Shown here piece after piece: positions 9,052 through 17,951 of a DNA stretch of 64,000 nucleotides. Position 1 is the stretch's first letter; the number at the start of each line of letters is the position of its first letter. Origin of the DNA: Fidelibacterota bacterium (GTDB lineage Bacteria; Fidelibacterota; SORT01). The position numbers and the translations under genes are program-made. The notes beneath the pieces were generated by a model that was not told the origin of the DNA, made no database searches, and saw nothing but the letters and a program-made list of their open reading frames with translations. Where the stretch lies: assembly GCA_022573815.1 (NCBI GenBank), contig JACZTG010000001.1, forward strand, positions 859 through 64,858, given 5' to 3'.

Positions 9052-11097
9052 TTGTTAACGCAAACAGAACAGATAGCGTTTATACTTCTCACCGTTGTTA
9101 GCATAGCGTTTGCATGGCGTGGTTTCAGCCGATTATTCAAGATTGTCAAGAGTGGAGCTGATACCGACCGGAGCGACGGATTAAGCGTCAGATTCATAAA
9201 GGCTCTTTTTGAAGTTGGAATTCAGAAACCTGTCTTTAAAGCCCGTCGCTGGGTAAGCGTTTTTCACTCATTCATCTTTTTCGGGTTCAGCTTTTACCTC
9301 TTGGTGAACGTGAATGACATCTTGGAAGCGTATGTTGACGGGTGGCATCTTATCGGAGCCGGTACCTTAGCCGGAGTGTTCAATCTCTTTGCGGACATAT
9401 TCAGCATCTTCGTTATTGTCGGAATGAATTTTTTTCTTTATCGGCGATTTGTTACAAAACCGAAAGAACTTGGTTACAACGATAATGTTATGCTTCATCC
9501 CGGTGTAGATTCAGGGGGAATAAAACGGGATTCTCTGTTAGTGGGTGTGTTTATTCTGTTGCATGTGGGCTCAAGATGGCTCGGCACTGTTTTCCATATA
9601 GCGGAATTGGGGCATGGCGATCCGTGGCTTCCTATTGCCAATTTATTTGCGCCTCTCTTTTCATTTATGAGCCATGAGTCCCTTGAAATTGCGATTCATA
9701 TTACGTGGTGGCTTGCAATGGGTTTGATAGTAATTTTTATACCGTATTTCCCGAGGAGCAAACATCTTCATCTAATGGTTGCGCCTGTCAACTTAGCGTT
9801 AGGGCGAAAAACTCCCCCAGGGAGGATGGACGATGTACTGAATATATCTTCTCCGGGAGCTGCGTCTCTCACCGACCTTCCTTGGCCGCAGGTGCTGGAC
9901 GCTTATGCCTGTATAATGTGTAACAGATGTCAGGAAGTCTGTCCCGCTCACACGTCAGGAACTCCACTGAGTCCAGCGGCGTTGGAGATAAACAAGCGGT
10001 ATTTTATCAACGAAAAAGGCGATGAAGTTCTCAACGGCGCAGGCGCGCAAAGTCTGATCGATTATGCTATTTCAGATGAAGCCGTATGGGCCTGCACAAC
10101 CTGCTATGCGTGCGTTCAGGTCTGTCCGGTGGGAAACGAGCCTCTTATGGATATACTGGAATTACGTCGGAATATGGTTTTTGACGGTAGGATGCCGGAC
10201 GAGCTTGCCGATGTGCTTCGGAGCTTAGACGAGCAGGGCAATTCGTTCAGGGAATCTGCAAGAAGGCGAACGCGTTGGACGAAGGATTTAGATTTTGAAA
10301 TAAAAGACGCTAAATCGGAACCCGTGAAGTATTTATGGTATGTAGGCGATTTTGCGTCATACAACCAATCGTGCAGGGACGTGAGCAGAAAATTAGCGCG
10401 GATTCTCCATTCGGCGGGAGTGGATTTCGGAATTATTATGAAAGGCGAAAAATCTGCGGGCAACGATGTTCGCAGGGTTGGCGAAGAAGGATTATTCGAA
10501 GCATTGGCGGAAGAAAATATTGAAACTCTCGCTCAGTGCGATTACGAGGAGATTTTTACTACCGATCCTCATACATATAACGCGCTGCATAACGAATACG
10601 GAAAATTTGGCGCTGAATATAAGATTAAACACTACTCCACACTGTTGAATGAGCTGATTGAAAGCGGAATGATAGAAATTAAAAAGAAAATCGACGCAAA
10701 AGCCACTTATCACGATCCATGCTATCTCGGTCGTTATAACGGAAATTATGAAGCTCCGCGTGACTTGATGAAAAGTTGCGGGGTAGAGCTGGTAGAGATG
10801 CCTCGGAACAGAGAAAACTCTTTCTGCTGCGGCGCGGGAGGCGGAAGAATCTGGATGAAAGACCACGATGATATGACACAGCGTCCGAGTGAGAACAGAA
10901 TAGAGGAGGCGATGGCTCTCGGTGGGATCGAATATTTCACAGTTTCCTGTCCGAAGGACTTTACGATGTATTCCGATGCGGTGAAAACATCCGGCAACGA
11001 AGGGAAGATAGAAGTCAGGGATATTGTTGATTATCTGATGGAAGCAATGGATTTACATGAAGAATCTGCGGCGAAAGAACCTCTGATTACAGAATAG
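9052..11097 (+). CDS. Membrane-anchored HdrD/DsrK-like FeS/CCG oxidoreductase (candidate Etf:quinone oxidoreductase, Emo-like)
   Basis: 681 aa with a TTG start. The N-terminal ~250 aa form 5-6 hydrophobic helices. Then come CIMCNRCQEVCP and CTTCYACVQVCP (two [4Fe-4S] motifs) and a C-terminal CCG domain, YHDPCYLGRYNGNYEAPRDL...FCCGAGGG. Confidence 0.6.
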   Translation: MLTQTEQIAFILLTVVSIAFAWRGFSRLFKIVKSGADTDRSDGLSVRFIKALFEVGIQKPVFKARRWVSVFHSFIFFGFSFYLLVNVNDILEAYVDGWHLIGAGTLAGVFNLFADIFSIFVIVGMNFFLYRRFVTKPKELGYNDNVMLHPGVDSGGIKRDSLLVGVFILLHVGSRWLGTVFHIAELGHGDPWLPIANLFAPLFSFMSHESLEIAIHITWWLAMGLIVIFIPYFPRSKHLHLMVAPVNLALGRKTPPGRMDDVLNISSPGAASLTDLPWPQVLDAYACIMCNRCQEVCPAHTSGTPLSPAALEINKRYFINEKGDEVLNGAGAQSLIDYAISDEAVWACTTCYACVQVCPVGNEPLMDILELRRNMVFDGRMPDELADVLRSLDEQGNSFRESARRRTRWTKDLDFEIKDAKSEPVKYLWYVGDFASYNQSCRDVSRKLARILHSAGVDFGIIMKGEKSAGNDVRRVGEEGLFEALAEENIETLAQCDYEEIFTTDPHTYNALHNEYGKFGAEYKIKHYSTLLNELIESGMIEIKKKIDAKATYHDPCYLGRYNGNYEAPRDLMKSCGVELVEMPRNRENSFCCGAGGGRIWMKDHDDMTQRPSENRIEEAMALGGIEYFTVSCPKDFTMYSDAVKTSGNEGKIEVRDIVDYLMEAMDLHEESAAKEPLITE

Positions 11098-11106
11098 GAG
11101 AGAAGT

Positions 11107-11553
11107 ATGAGCGACAGCACACAACTAAAATTTCCTGCCGACCGATATTACCATTCATCCAATCATATGTGGGCTAAGGAGACGGATGAAAACGGTGAAA
11201 TACTGGTAGGCATTGATGCGTTAGCGCTCGATTCGCTGGGTGAAATAGCCTATGCGTCTTTTGTTGAGATAAATACGGAAGTTAAAGCAGGCGACTCTAT
11301 CGGTACGCTTGAATCCGCCAAGATGACCACCGAAATATTCTCTCCCATATCCGGCGTGGTATCAGCTGTGAACGACATAGTACCGGAAACTCCGCTGCTT
11401 ATCAACGAACAGCCCTACGGTGAGGGTTGGCTGGTTGTTATCCGTGCGTCAGCTTGGGAAGCTGAATGCGCTGATTTAATATCTGGCGAAGAGATTTTTG
11501 AATGGTCACAGAATGAAATCGCAAGATATGAAACGGAAAATAATCAGAACTGA
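11107..11553 (+). CDS. lbpA: Second GcvH-like lipoate-binding protein (LbpA paralog)
   Basis: 148 aa. GTLESAKMTTEIFSPISGVV carries the lipoyl-lysine motif. Its TGATG overlap couples it to the downstream ligase gene. Confidence 0.6.
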   Translation: MSDSTQLKFPADRYYHSSNHMWAKETDENGEILVGIDALALDSLGEIAYASFVEINTEVKAGDSIGTLESAKMTTEIFSPISGVVSAVNDIVPETPLLINEQPYGEGWLVVIRASAWEAECADLISGEEIFEWSQNEIARYETENNQN

Positions 11554-12677
11554 TGGACTTGCGTCTTATAAAAGAGAACGGAGTCAGTGGCAGTTCCGGT
11601 TTAGCTGCTGACGAATCAATGGCTCTCAGGGTGGGGAGTGAAAAATCCCGTCCAACCCTAAGGCTCTATACCTATGATTCCTACAGCGCTCTTGTAGGAA
11701 GATTCCAAAACATTCAGAAAGAACTTAATCTCGAATATTGTCTCCAAAACTGTGTGGAATTTAACAGGCGACCCACAGGCGGAGGCGCAATTATTATGGG
11801 CGCAGACCAGCTCGGCGTCGCGTTAGCGTTGAAAGGAAACAAAACCGATACATATCATCGCGCTCGAGTATTGATGAAACAGTTTTCTGAGGGAACGGTG
11901 AAAACGCTTTCGAAGTTCGGTATCGAAGCTTCGTTCCGCGGGAAGAATGATATTGAGGTTGATGGAAGAAAAATCGCCGGATTGGGACTGCATAAAACAA
12001 GGACAGGCGGTCTTCTTTTTCACGCTTCAATTCTTGTAAACCTTGACGTGGAGCTAATGCTCAACGTATTGAGAACTCCCCTTAAAAGAATAACTGATAA
12101 AGCGGTTAAACTCGTTTCCGGCAGGATTACAACTGTGCGTAAACTTTTATCAAATGATATAACTGTAGATGAATTCAGCGCCGAGTTGGAAAAAGGTTTT
12201 TCTAAAGTATTCGGAGTAAATCTGATAAAGGGAGACTGGAGCAGTGAAGAAATCGGAGAATCTAATAAGTTGGAAGCAGAAAAATATCTGACAGAAAAAT
12301 GGATCTATTCTAAATCAAATGTCAAGGAGATGAATGGGAGAGCGGTCAGAAAAACAGAGGGTGGATTATTAGAGGTATCTGTAAATTTAGCGGGAAACAC
12401 GCTCAAAAAAGTGCAGATCGGCGGAGACATTTACGTTTCCGAAAACGCGCTGGCAGATTTGGAGTTCAGCCTCGCCTGGCATTCCGCTGCCTCTGATAAG
12501 ATAAAGGAAACTTTGAAACGGGTGTATAAAAAAAGAGAAAATGAATTTTCCAGGATCAGCTTTGATGACTTATATAACGGCGTACAGGATGCTGTGAAAG
12601 ACGCTTCTAATAACAGAACGGATATTGAAACCATGCCTTACGGCTGTTTCGTTAAAACGGATGGAAGTTATGCCTGA
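11553..12677 (+). CDS. lplA: Lipoate-protein ligase A-like enzyme (sLpl(AB)-type), with a C-terminal accessory domain
   Basis: 374 aa. NRRPTGGGAIIMG and IEVDGRKIAGLG match the BPL/LplA/LipB catalytic domain, including the conserved Lys. Confidence 0.65.
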   Translation: MDLRLIKENGVSGSSGLAADESMALRVGSEKSRPTLRLYTYDSYSALVGRFQNIQKELNLEYCLQNCVEFNRRPTGGGAIIMGADQLGVALALKGNKTDTYHRARVLMKQFSEGTVKTLSKFGIEASFRGKNDIEVDGRKIAGLGLHKTRTGGLLFHASILVNLDVELMLNVLRTPLKRITDKAVKLVSGRITTVRKLLSNDITVDEFSAELEKGFSKVFGVNLIKGDWSSEEIGESNKLEAEKYLTEKWIYSKSNVKEMNGRAVRKTEGGLLEVSVNLAGNTLKKVQIGGDIYVSENALADLEFSLAWHSAASDKIKETLKRVYKKRENEFSRISFDDLYNGVQDAVKDASNNRTDIETMPYGCFVKTDGSYA

Positions 12678-13644
12678 GCTCCTAACTCTGCCGGAAAATG
12701 TGACCGAGTTCCAAGTTGACCCGAATTGTATGTCTATTCGTCGGAGGAATTTTTCAAACGAAATTACTTTTCATATGCCCGGCCTCAAGACGCACCGGAC
12801 TTCAGAAATTGAAGGTTCATTGACGGAATTTGTTTCTCTGAGTGTGACGGGTTCAGCCTGCGCATTGAGCTGCGAGCACTGCAAAACGGAAGTGCTGAAG
12901 GGAATGGTGGATCTGACAGCCGAAGGGGGTTCTTTATATGATACCTGCCAGCGATTAGCGGAAAAGGGCGCACGGGGAGTTTTGGTCTCAGGCGGCAGTG
13001 ACCTGAAAGGCAGAGTCCCACTGTTGCAGCACGTGCCCGATTTGATAAGGATTCGAAAGGAATTAGGTTTGATTATTCGTTTGCATGTCGGACTTCCCGA
13101 CGAGGAAACGTGCGCGGCTATCTCGGAAATCGGCATAGACGGAGCGATGCTGGATATCATCGGTGATCAGGAAACAATATCCGATGTCTATCATCTGTCG
13201 GCTACGCCGGATGATTACGGAATGGCATTGGAAAATCTACAGCGATACAATGTGCCGACAATTCCGCATATTATCATCGGGCATTATTTCGGAAAGATGA
13301 AAGGTGAATGGAACGCGCTTCAGATGATTAAGAATAACCCGCCGAAAATTTTGGTACTGGTAATATTGATGCCGCTCACGGGAACGCCTATGGCAAACGT
13401 TTTACCTCCTTCAATGGACGAAATCGGATTGTTTTTTCAGACAGCCCGGATTGCATTACCAGAGACTCCTGTTATGCTGGGATGCGCCAAGCCGATAGGC
13501 GAAATGAAGCTGGGAGTAGATAAATTAGCCCTTGAAACGGGATTGAACGGAATCGCTTACCCCGCTGACGGGATAGTGGGTCAATCCGAACAACTCGGAT
13601 TAAAGCCGAATATCGTAAATGCTTGTTGTGGAGTAACCTGGTAA
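12661..13644 (+). CDS. Radical SAM protein (LipS1/LipS2-type lipoyl synthase candidate)
   Basis: The CALSCEHC motif (CxxxCxxC) lies near the N-terminus. I moved the start to ATG 12661 (MEVMPELL), which removes most of the overlap with the ligase gene. The longest ORF begins at 12625. Confidence 0.5.
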   Translation: MEVMPELLTLPENVTEFQVDPNCMSIRRRNFSNEITFHMPGLKTHRTSEIEGSLTEFVSLSVTGSACALSCEHCKTEVLKGMVDLTAEGGSLYDTCQRLAEKGARGVLVSGGSDLKGRVPLLQHVPDLIRIRKELGLIIRLHVGLPDEETCAAISEIGIDGAMLDIIGDQETISDVYHLSATPDDYGMALENLQRYNVPTIPHIIIGHYFGKMKGEWNALQMIKNNPPKILVLVILMPLTGTPMANVLPPSMDEIGLFFQTARIALPETPVMLGCAKPIGEMKLGVDKLALETGLNGIAYPADGIVGQSEQLGLKPNIVNACCGVTW

Positions 13645-13655
13645 AAGGGATAATA

Positions 13656-14747
13656 ATGGCAACTGAGATGTTAGCTCTGAGTGAGCAAAAGGAAATGCGG
13701 AATTTAAGCCCCGATTATGTGAGGATAAGCGCGGCGGCGGCAATCGAGCTGGGGCTAAAGCCGGGTCGGCTTGACAGGTGTAACTGTGGATGTATCAACT
13801 TGCTTCAGAATTATCCTGAAGGCTGTTACGCGAATTGCAGCTATTGCGGATTGGCCAGGGAACGTCCCGGTATTGCAGAAGAAAATTCGTTTATCAGAGT
13901 TGATTGGCCCCTTTATCCAACGGAGCAGGTGGCGGAGAAAATAGCTGAAAGGGAAGCGAATGGCGGGGTCGGAAGAGTTTGTATTGCGCAGGTGCAGGAT
14001 CATCGGGCAAACGCAGATCTTCTAAGTATGACGAAAATTGTTCACAGCGCGGCTCCTGACGTGCCTATCTCTGCTTTGGTTACAGCGACACTGATGGACA
14101 GACAGGTTCTTGCGGAGATAAAAGAAGCCGGAGCGGATATTATCGGAATCGGGATGGACGCCGCCACAGAAGAGATTTTTTATAATACCCGCGGAAAAGG
14201 CGCAAAGGGTCCCCACGATTGGAATTATCACTGGGAAATTGTAAATCTTGCCCGCGAGATGTACGGCGCTTATAAAGTGAATTGCCATATCATCATCGGA
14301 TTGGGCGAGACCGACAGGGATTTGACGAACATCTTTTATAAATGTAAGGAAGAGCAGTTGTCGTGCTACCTGTTCTCATTCAATCCTGAGCCGGGAACGG
14401 CATTGCAGGATTCGGAACGTCAGCCGATAGCCAGGCATCGGCGTATTCAGCTGGTCAAACAGTTGATAGAAAATAATGGACTTTCAAAAGACGCATTGGA
14501 ATTTGATAAAAACGGATTTATCTCGAATATAGATTATTCCGCTGATATTATTAATTTAACAGTGAATGAAGGAATCGCGTTTATGACGGACGGATGTCCC
14601 GATAGAGATGGTGTGATGGCGTGCAACAGACCATGCGGTTCCTACAGACCCGGAGAGGAATTCCGGGATTATCCATTTCCGCCAATGTCGAAAGATATAG
14701 AAGTGATTCAAAACGAGATGCGTCTAAATGAGGTAATCACCGCGTAA
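13656..14747 (+). CDS. Radical SAM protein with an extra N-terminal Cys cluster (LipS1/LipS2-type candidate)
   Basis: CYANCSYC is the radical SAM CxxxCxxC motif, preceded by the CNCGC extra Cys cluster and followed by a second Cys group (CPDRDGVMACNRPC). The start was set at ATG 13656, which has an aaagggataata RBS. The longest ORF begins at 13623. Confidence 0.5.
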   Translation: MATEMLALSEQKEMRNLSPDYVRISAAAAIELGLKPGRLDRCNCGCINLLQNYPEGCYANCSYCGLARERPGIAEENSFIRVDWPLYPTEQVAEKIAEREANGGVGRVCIAQVQDHRANADLLSMTKIVHSAAPDVPISALVTATLMDRQVLAEIKEAGADIIGIGMDAATEEIFYNTRGKGAKGPHDWNYHWEIVNLAREMYGAYKVNCHIIIGLGETDRDLTNIFYKCKEEQLSCYLFSFNPEPGTALQDSERQPIARHRRIQLVKQLIENNGLSKDALEFDKNGFISNIDYSADIINLTVNEGIAFMTDGCPDRDGVMACNRPCGSYRPGEEFRDYPFPPMSKDIEVIQNEMRLNEVITA

Positions 14748-14750
14748 ATT

Positions 14751-15743
14751 ATGGTAAAACCGATACGATTGATAGATTTAGGAGCGATTGACGGCATAAT
14801 GACTCAGGCGGTGTATCACGCGGTAGCGGAGAAAATGGATGAGTCAACGCCCGATACCATAATACTGAACAGCACAAAATCTCCGTATGTTTGTTTTGGC
14901 TATCATCAGGATGCGGAAAGTGTCATAGATTTGGATGTGTGCAGAAAATTAAATGTACCTGCGGTTCGCCGTAAATTGGGCGGAGGCGCTACTTATCTTG
15001 ATGAAAATCAGCTCTTTTACCAGCTGGTATTTCAAAAATCGGAATTGCCGGCAAATTTCAGGAATGTTTATGCGAAAATGTTGGAAGCGCCCGTGAAAAC
15101 CCTAAAATCGTTTGGACTTAACGCAAAACTAAAAGATATAAACGAGATAGAGGTTGACGGCAAACGGATTGCCGGAACGGGTGGCGGGCAAATAGGCGAT
15201 GCGTGTGTTGTTGTGGGGAACTTTTTATTCGATTTCGATTTTGAAGCTATGTCTTCATTATGGAAAGCTCCATGGGATTCTTTCCGAACACTTGCGGGAA
15301 AAGCGCTTAGGAACCACATTACAACTCTTTGGGAATACGACAGTTCATTCAGCAAAGAAATCATATCGTCGCAACTGATAATAGATTTTTCAGCTGTTTT
15401 TCAAAGACCGATTCAGCCGGGAGAATTAACTTCAGATGAGAAAGAACTCTCGGAGGAATTATCTGAGAAATTGAGCTCAACAGAGTTTGTTGTTGATACC
15501 AATAAAAACGGTGCGTCGCCAAGACCGCTTAAAATTTCTAACGGAGTTTTTATACACGCTGAAAATTATTCTTTGGGAGTAAATAGAATACGCGGCAGCT
15601 TTACGGTGGCAAATAATTTCATAGAAGAATCAATAATCGAGCTGCGGAATGGCAATTTATGGGAAGCAATTGATGTTGATCTTTATGGAATAGAGATTGC
15701 TGATTGGACAAATCATATTAAAATTGAATTGCGTGCTGCCTGA
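14751..15743 (+). CDS. Second LplA/LipB-family protein (lipoate/octanoyl transferase paralog)
   Basis: 330 aa. RRKLGGGATYLDENQLFYQ and IEVDGKRIAGTG parallel the motifs of the ligase at 11553. Confidence 0.5.
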   Translation: MVKPIRLIDLGAIDGIMTQAVYHAVAEKMDESTPDTIILNSTKSPYVCFGYHQDAESVIDLDVCRKLNVPAVRRKLGGGATYLDENQLFYQLVFQKSELPANFRNVYAKMLEAPVKTLKSFGLNAKLKDINEIEVDGKRIAGTGGGQIGDACVVVGNFLFDFDFEAMSSLWKAPWDSFRTLAGKALRNHITTLWEYDSSFSKEIISSQLIIDFSAVFQRPIQPGELTSDEKELSEELSEKLSSTEFVVDTNKNGASPRPLKISNGVFIHAENYSLGVNRIRGSFTVANNFIEESIIELRNGNLWEAIDVDLYGIEIADWTNHIKIELRAA

Positions 15744-16906
15744 TGGTTAAACTGCTAAAAAAATATCTGTCTGACCCGTTCCTGAAGCGGCTTTACAGTG
15801 AGATTCGAAAAGCAGGCTCTCTCCGGTCCATCTCTGTGGACATCACTCACGAGTGCAATATCCGGTGCAGAGGGTGTTATTTTTTCAGCGAGGGAATGGA
15901 AGAGTCTGAGTCTCCTCCCGATGAAAACAAATTTGATGCGTTTATAGAACGAGAGCTCGAACGGGGAACTAATTTTGTCACTGTTGTGGGAGGCGAACCG
16001 AGTCTCATGCTGGGGAGACTGAAAAAACTTCATTCAAATTTTCATATAAATGTTTCAACAAACGGTCTTATAAAAATACCATATGAAGGGTTCGAGTCAA
16101 TGCCTATCGGTGTTTCGGTATGGGGAGATAATCAGACAGACAGATATATGCGAGGCGGCGGAAACGTTGATACATTCGCGATAGCGCTGAAGAATTACAA
16201 AGACGATCCAAGAGCGTTCTGGTACTATACTGTGGCTCCGGGACGGAAGAATGAGATTGAGCGGGTAGTGGAGAAGTGTATAAACAACGGTAATCAGGTT
16301 TTATTTAATTTTTACGGCGATTTGTTAGGATTTGGCGGGGAATTGGATTCCGGCAGCGGTTTTGACGAAGTGAGAATTGAGATAGACCGAATGATCAGCC
16401 TCTACCCTGATAAGATGTTTATGAGTTCTTACCTGAGTAAAATCGTTTCAACAGGCACTTTATACGGTTTGAAATGGGGACATGAAGTATGCACGAGTTT
16501 GAGCGCGAATCACGAGGCGAATTTCGAAAGATTGAAAAACGGAAATCCTTATAACCCGCACTTCAGAGCTTATAATGCTGATTTGGAATCTACTCGTAGA
16601 TGCTGTACCGGAATCAACCGTTCGTGCCATACTTGTTTCGATGTCTGGGAGCATTTTTCGTGGGTAATTCTCAATATGAAAAAACATATCGGATCTAAGC
16701 AGGAATTCAGTAACTGGCTAACGACTATGTATCTGTTTTATCTTATAAACCGATTGGTGAATTTTGATGAAGGGATCAAGCTACTGCCGGAAATCCACAA
16801 ACGGCTTGGAAATACGACTAAGAGAGAATCACATAATATAGATAGAATCAAAATTTCTGCTTTCGCTACCGTGGAAAGCGGGTTAATGGAGATTACCGAT
16901 CCCTGA
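15743..16906 (+). CDS. Third radical SAM enzyme, carrying an additional C-terminal Cys cluster
   Basis: ITHECNIRCRGCYF is the radical SAM motif. The C-terminal RRCCTGINRSCHTCFD cluster could hold an auxiliary FeS cluster. Confidence 0.5.
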   Translation: MVKLLKKYLSDPFLKRLYSEIRKAGSLRSISVDITHECNIRCRGCYFFSEGMEESESPPDENKFDAFIERELERGTNFVTVVGGEPSLMLGRLKKLHSNFHINVSTNGLIKIPYEGFESMPIGVSVWGDNQTDRYMRGGGNVDTFAIALKNYKDDPRAFWYYTVAPGRKNEIERVVEKCINNGNQVLFNFYGDLLGFGGELDSGSGFDEVRIEIDRMISLYPDKMFMSSYLSKIVSTGTLYGLKWGHEVCTSLSANHEANFERLKNGNPYNPHFRAYNADLESTRRCCTGINRSCHTCFDVWEHFSWVILNMKKHIGSKQEFSNWLTTMYLFYLINRLVNFDEGIKLLPEIHKRLGNTTKRESHNIDRIKISAFATVESGLMEITDP

Positions 16907-16934
16907 TTTTGATTCAAAACAGGAGGAGCGAAAA

Positions 16935-17951
16935 ATGATAAACAATAACCATCGTTACTTGTCGTTGTTGGTAACACTGTTTTTCTTAGTCTCAATCCCG
17001 GCATTCAGCGACGCAGCCAAAAAGGAATACAGAGTGTATGAGTTCGTAATTGAATCTGTCGAGGGTACATTTGAAGCGGCGGCAGACAGCCTTTCTTCGG
17101 CGATAGCAATGTCGGATTGGAAGCTGCTTACTACTATCAATTCCGGTGTTCCGGAAGATTGTGGATTCCGTGCTATAGTATTTGTTTTATATGATTCGAC
17201 ATTCGCGGCGAAAATAATGGATGCGAACCATAAAACAGGGGCTTACGGCACTGTTGACCGGATAAATCTCTTTGAAGATGAAAACGGATTTCACGTGTCG
17301 ATTGCAAACCGCAAATCAACTGACCGGACGGTCTTGTTGGATGATGAGTCATTCGAGGGAACTACTAAGGCGCAGCATGATAATCTCCGGCTGCTTATTG
17401 AATCAGCCCTAAAGGGCACATCAAGCAACAAAGAATATGGTCAGAAGCGTAAAAAAGGATATATCGGACGAACAATGGGCGTTATGGCCGGCGGAAGTTT
17501 TGATGGCAAGATTGGTAATATTATTGAATTACCCGGAGCAAACTTTGACGATGTGGTCGGTAAAGCTCGCCAGGGTTTATCTATGACCGGTGAGAAATGG
17601 GGGATGCACTTAGTTTACGAATTAAATCTTCCCGGATATAAAACTGTGGTATTCGGAAGTACGGGGACTCCGATGGACAGGAAATCATTCGATATAGTTA
17701 AGGCGGGTTCGGACAAATCACGCAAAAAGGGAAAGTGTCCCGGAATTGCTCATGCCGCCGCTTTTCCGATTGAAATCGTAGTACAGGAAGAAAACGGAGT
17801 TATCAATGTCAGTAGCGTTAATGCGATGTACAGGATGAAGATGTATTTTGAGGACGCCGGGAAATGGGCGTTTATGAAAAATATGACTATGCCCGGTTCA
17901 ATAGGAAGTGAATTGGAAGATCAGATCGAAGGAGTATTGGAAGAAGAATGA
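16935..17951 (+). CDS. Secreted protein with two DUF302-like repeats (tentative)
   Basis: The signal peptide is MINNNHRYLSLLVTLFFLVSIPAFSDA. Two segments have a DUF302-like pattern: AIVFVLYDS...GTVDRINLFEDENGFHVS and TVVFGSTGTPMD...FPIEIVVQEENGVINVS. Its stop overlaps the next gene (ATGA). Confidence 0.3.
   Translation: MINNNHRYLSLLVTLFFLVSIPAFSDAAKKEYRVYEFVIESVEGTFEAAADSLSSAIAMSDWKLLTTINSGVPEDCGFRAIVFVLYDSTFAAKIMDANHKTGAYGTVDRINLFEDENGFHVSIANRKSTDRTVLLDDESFEGTTKAQHDNLRLLIESALKGTSSNKEYGQKRKKGYIGRTMGVMAGGSFDGKIGNIIELPGANFDDVVGKARQGLSMTGEKWGMHLVYELNLPGYKTVVFGSTGTPMDRKSFDIVKAGSDKSRKKGKCPGIAHAAAFPIEIVVQEENGVINVSSVNAMYRMKMYFEDAGKWAFMKNMTMPGSIGSELEDQIEGVLEEE

Noticed and set aside
9705-9923. 72-aa same-strand alternative-frame ORF within the membrane HdrD-like gene
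   Set aside because: It is embedded out of frame in a gene with clear FeS/CCG motifs and has no independent support.
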